Shown here piece by piece: positions 62,066-64,000 of a stretch of DNA of 64,000 nt. The stretch's first letter is position 1, and each line of letters begins with the position of its first letter. This DNA comes from Candidatus Uhrbacteria bacterium. Lineage in GTDB: Bacteria > Patescibacteriota > Patescibacteriia > UBA9934. The notes below the pieces were generated by a model. The model was not told the DNA's origin. It saw nothing but the letters and a program-made list of their open reading frames with translations, and made no database searches. The DNA lies in NCBI GenBank assembly GCA_943354605.1, contig CALRCK010000002.1, forward strand, positions 135,186-199,185, written 5' to 3'. The position numbers were made by a program, and so were the translations under genes.

Positions 62066-64000
62066 TTACTTTTCATTCTGCTCCGCTGTCGCCCCCGCAA
62101 CCACGGTTGCCGTAGCAACCATGTCGCCTGCTTGCTTGAAGCGCATCACTCGTACTCCTTGCGTTGCACGACCGATAACAGACACGGATGTCACCGACGT
62201 GCGAATGATCTGTCCGCCTTGCGACATGATGAGTAAGTCGCGCGAGTCTTCCATTTCTGTAACGTACGCACACACGAGCTTTCCTGTTTTTGCGGTAATT
62301 TGTGCCGTCTTGATTCCGGATCCGCCACGGCCCTGAATGCCGTATTCCTCGATATCCGTTCGCTTTCCGTACCCATTTCCCATAATCGTGAGAAGCTGCC
62401 GACCTTCTTTCTGCGCTTCGGCAGTGATCACTTCCATGCCGATAATCTCGTCGTCGCCCTTCAGCTTCATGCCACGAACGCCAGCTGCAACACGGCCCAT
62501 CGCACGAACGTCATCCTCGTCAAAACGAATAGACATTCCATTCATCGTCGCCAACATCACCTGGTCCTTGCCGGTGGATGTTCGGACCCACTGCAAGTTG
62601 TCACCGTCATTCAGCTTGATCGCTATCAACCCCGACTTTCGCACGTTCTCAAAATCTTCAAGTTTTGTTTTCTTAATGGTTCCGCGATTCGTCACCATCA
62701 TGATGTACTTTGCACCAAGTTGCTTTTTGAGATTGCCAACGAGCACCGATGTGACCTTCTCACCTGGTCCAAGCTCGAGGAAGTTCACGATCGCCTGACC
62801 CTTTGCCGTACGCGATGCTTCTGGAATATCGTACGCCTTCAAACGGAACACCCGGCCACGAGACGTGAAGAACATCATATCTTCATGCGTCGTCGCAGAG
62901 TAGATTGCTTCGATCGCATCTTCTTCTTTCGTGGTAAGACCGATAACGCCTTTTCCGCCACGAACTTGCTGCGTGAATGTGTCTGGCGGAAGGCGCTTGA
63001 TGTATCCGTCTTTCGTCATCATAACGACCGCTGGAACGTCTGCGATAATGTCTTCCATCGAAAATTCCTTCACGCCACTCTTCACAATCTTTGTTCTACG
63101 TTCGTCACCAAACTTTTCTGCAAGCTCGACAAGCTCACCACGCAACACAGCGAGCAATTTCTTTTCGCTCTTCAAAATAGCCTCAAGAGCTTCCTTAATT
63201 TTCATCTTCTCTGCGTACTCTTGTTCAATTCGTAATTGCTCCAGGTTTGCCAATGCCTGCAAGCGCATTTCCAAAATCGCGATCGCCTGACGTTCGCTCA
63301 TGGAGAATTGCTTCATGAGGTTTACGCGTGCTTCATCCTTGTCCTTCGATTTCTTAATGGTGGCAATCACCTTGTCGATGTTCGCAAGCGCAATACGTAA
63401 ACCATCCAAAATATGCAGACGATCGTCGATGCGAGCAAGGTCGTATTCCGTACGACGTCGTACAACCACCTTTCGATGCTTGATGTGCTCTTCCAAAATT
63501 TGCTTCACGTTCAACACGCGAGGCTGAATGCCGTCCACTAGTGCGAGCATGTTGTAGTGGAACGTGGTTTGCAGCTGCGTCGCCTGATACAACCGGTTGA
63601 GCACCTTTCGTGGATATGCATCTTTTTTCAACTCGATAACGATGCGAACGCCTTCTTTGTTGCTCTCGTCGCGAATGTCCTTAATACCCTCAAGCTTCTT
63701 TTCACGAACAAGATCGGCAATCTTTTCAATAAGCGAGCTCTTATTCACCAGATACGGAATTTCCGAAACAATAATGGACGACGCATCCTTTTTGCCTTCC
63801 ACAATATCCACCTTTGCGCGGACGACGACTCCCCCACGGCCCGTGGCATATGCTGCGCGCAAATCGTTTGCGCCGTACACAATGCCGCCGGTTGGAAAAT
63901 CTGGACCAGGCATCACTTCCACAATCTCGTCGATGGACGTGTCGGGATTATCGATGAGCTTCAAAATTGCCGTGCTGATTTCCTTCACGTTGTGCGGAGG
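62066..64000 (-). CDS. gyrA: DNA gyrase subunit A (5' part lies beyond the window)
   Basis: PPHN, GPDFPTGG, GyrA-box QVRGGKG and C-terminal pinwheel repeats (GRATQGV). Confidence 0.97.
   Translation of the reverse strand, partial: PPHNVKEISTAILKLIDNPDTSIDEIVEVMPGPDFPTGGIVYGANDLRAAYATGRGGVVVRAKVDIVEGKKDASSIIVSEIPYLVNKSSLIEKIADLVREKKLEGIKDIRDESNKEGVRIVIELKKDAYPRKVLNRLYQATQLQTTFHYNMLALVDGIQPRVLNVKQILEEHIKHRKVVVRRRTEYDLARIDDRLHILDGLRIALANIDKVIATIKKSKDKDEARVNLMKQFSMSERQAIAILEMRLQALANLEQLRIEQEYAEKMKIKEALEAILKSEKKLLAVLRGELVELAEKFGDERRTKIVKSGVKEFSMEDIIADVPAVVMMTKDGYIKRLPPDTFTQQVRGGKGVIGLTTKEEDAIEAIYSATTHEDMMFFTSRGRVFRLKAYDIPEASRTAKGQAIVNFLELGPGEKVTSVLVGNLKKQLGAKYIMMVTNRGTIKKTKLEDFENVRKSGLIAIKLNDGDNLQWVRTSTGKDQVMLATMNGMSIRFDEDDVRAMGRVAAGVRGMKLKGDDEIIGMEVITAEAQKEGRQLLTIMGNGYGKRTDIEEYGIQGRGGSGIKTAQITAKTGKLVCAYVTEMEDSRDLLIMSQGGQIIRTSVTSVSVIGRATQGVRVMRFKQAGDMVATATVVAGATAEQNEK

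Noticed and set aside
1-64000. CRISPR array or cas genes
   Set aside because: No regularly spaced direct repeats with unique spacers; families E and F are short tandem palindromes; no Cas motifs seen.

Overview
A 64-kb stretch of core chromosome from a Patescibacteria (CPR) bacterium, most likely a Parcubacteria/ABY1-type lineage such as Uhrbacteria. This is inferred from the missing rpmD in the spc operon, the compact housekeeping content and the mostly SD-less starts. The genetic code is standard code 11. Most genes lie on the minus strand: partial gyrA, rpmF-nusB-rnc, infB, trxA-trxB, leuS-comEC, ndk-murA, the str operon (rpsL-rpsG-fusA, separated from tuf by about 3.4 kb of inserted genes), the S10/spc cluster through secY-adk-map, ruvX-recO, asnS-aspS, scpA-scpB and a peptidase S11. 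There are two tRNAs (Lys-CUU, Arg-UCG), two toxin-antitoxin loci (Doc-like, HicBA) and a probable 6S RNA before rny. I found no CRISPR array, transposase or integrase. The most striking unexplained signal is non-coding. A family of about 110-130 nt long hairpins (six copies) has an RCGTAC/GTACGN core, conserved GA internal loops and extensive compensatory base changes, and mostly sits just upstream of translation genes in either orientation. Several other palindromic repeat families are present, some inserted in frame into ComEC, LeuS, TruB, NusB and an RsmB/F methyltransferase. Two large structured ncRNA candidates flank a LOG gene. A set of dispersed GC-rich orphan genes carries its own distinct initiation and termination signals. 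Protein calls are from motif recognition only; no database search was possible.
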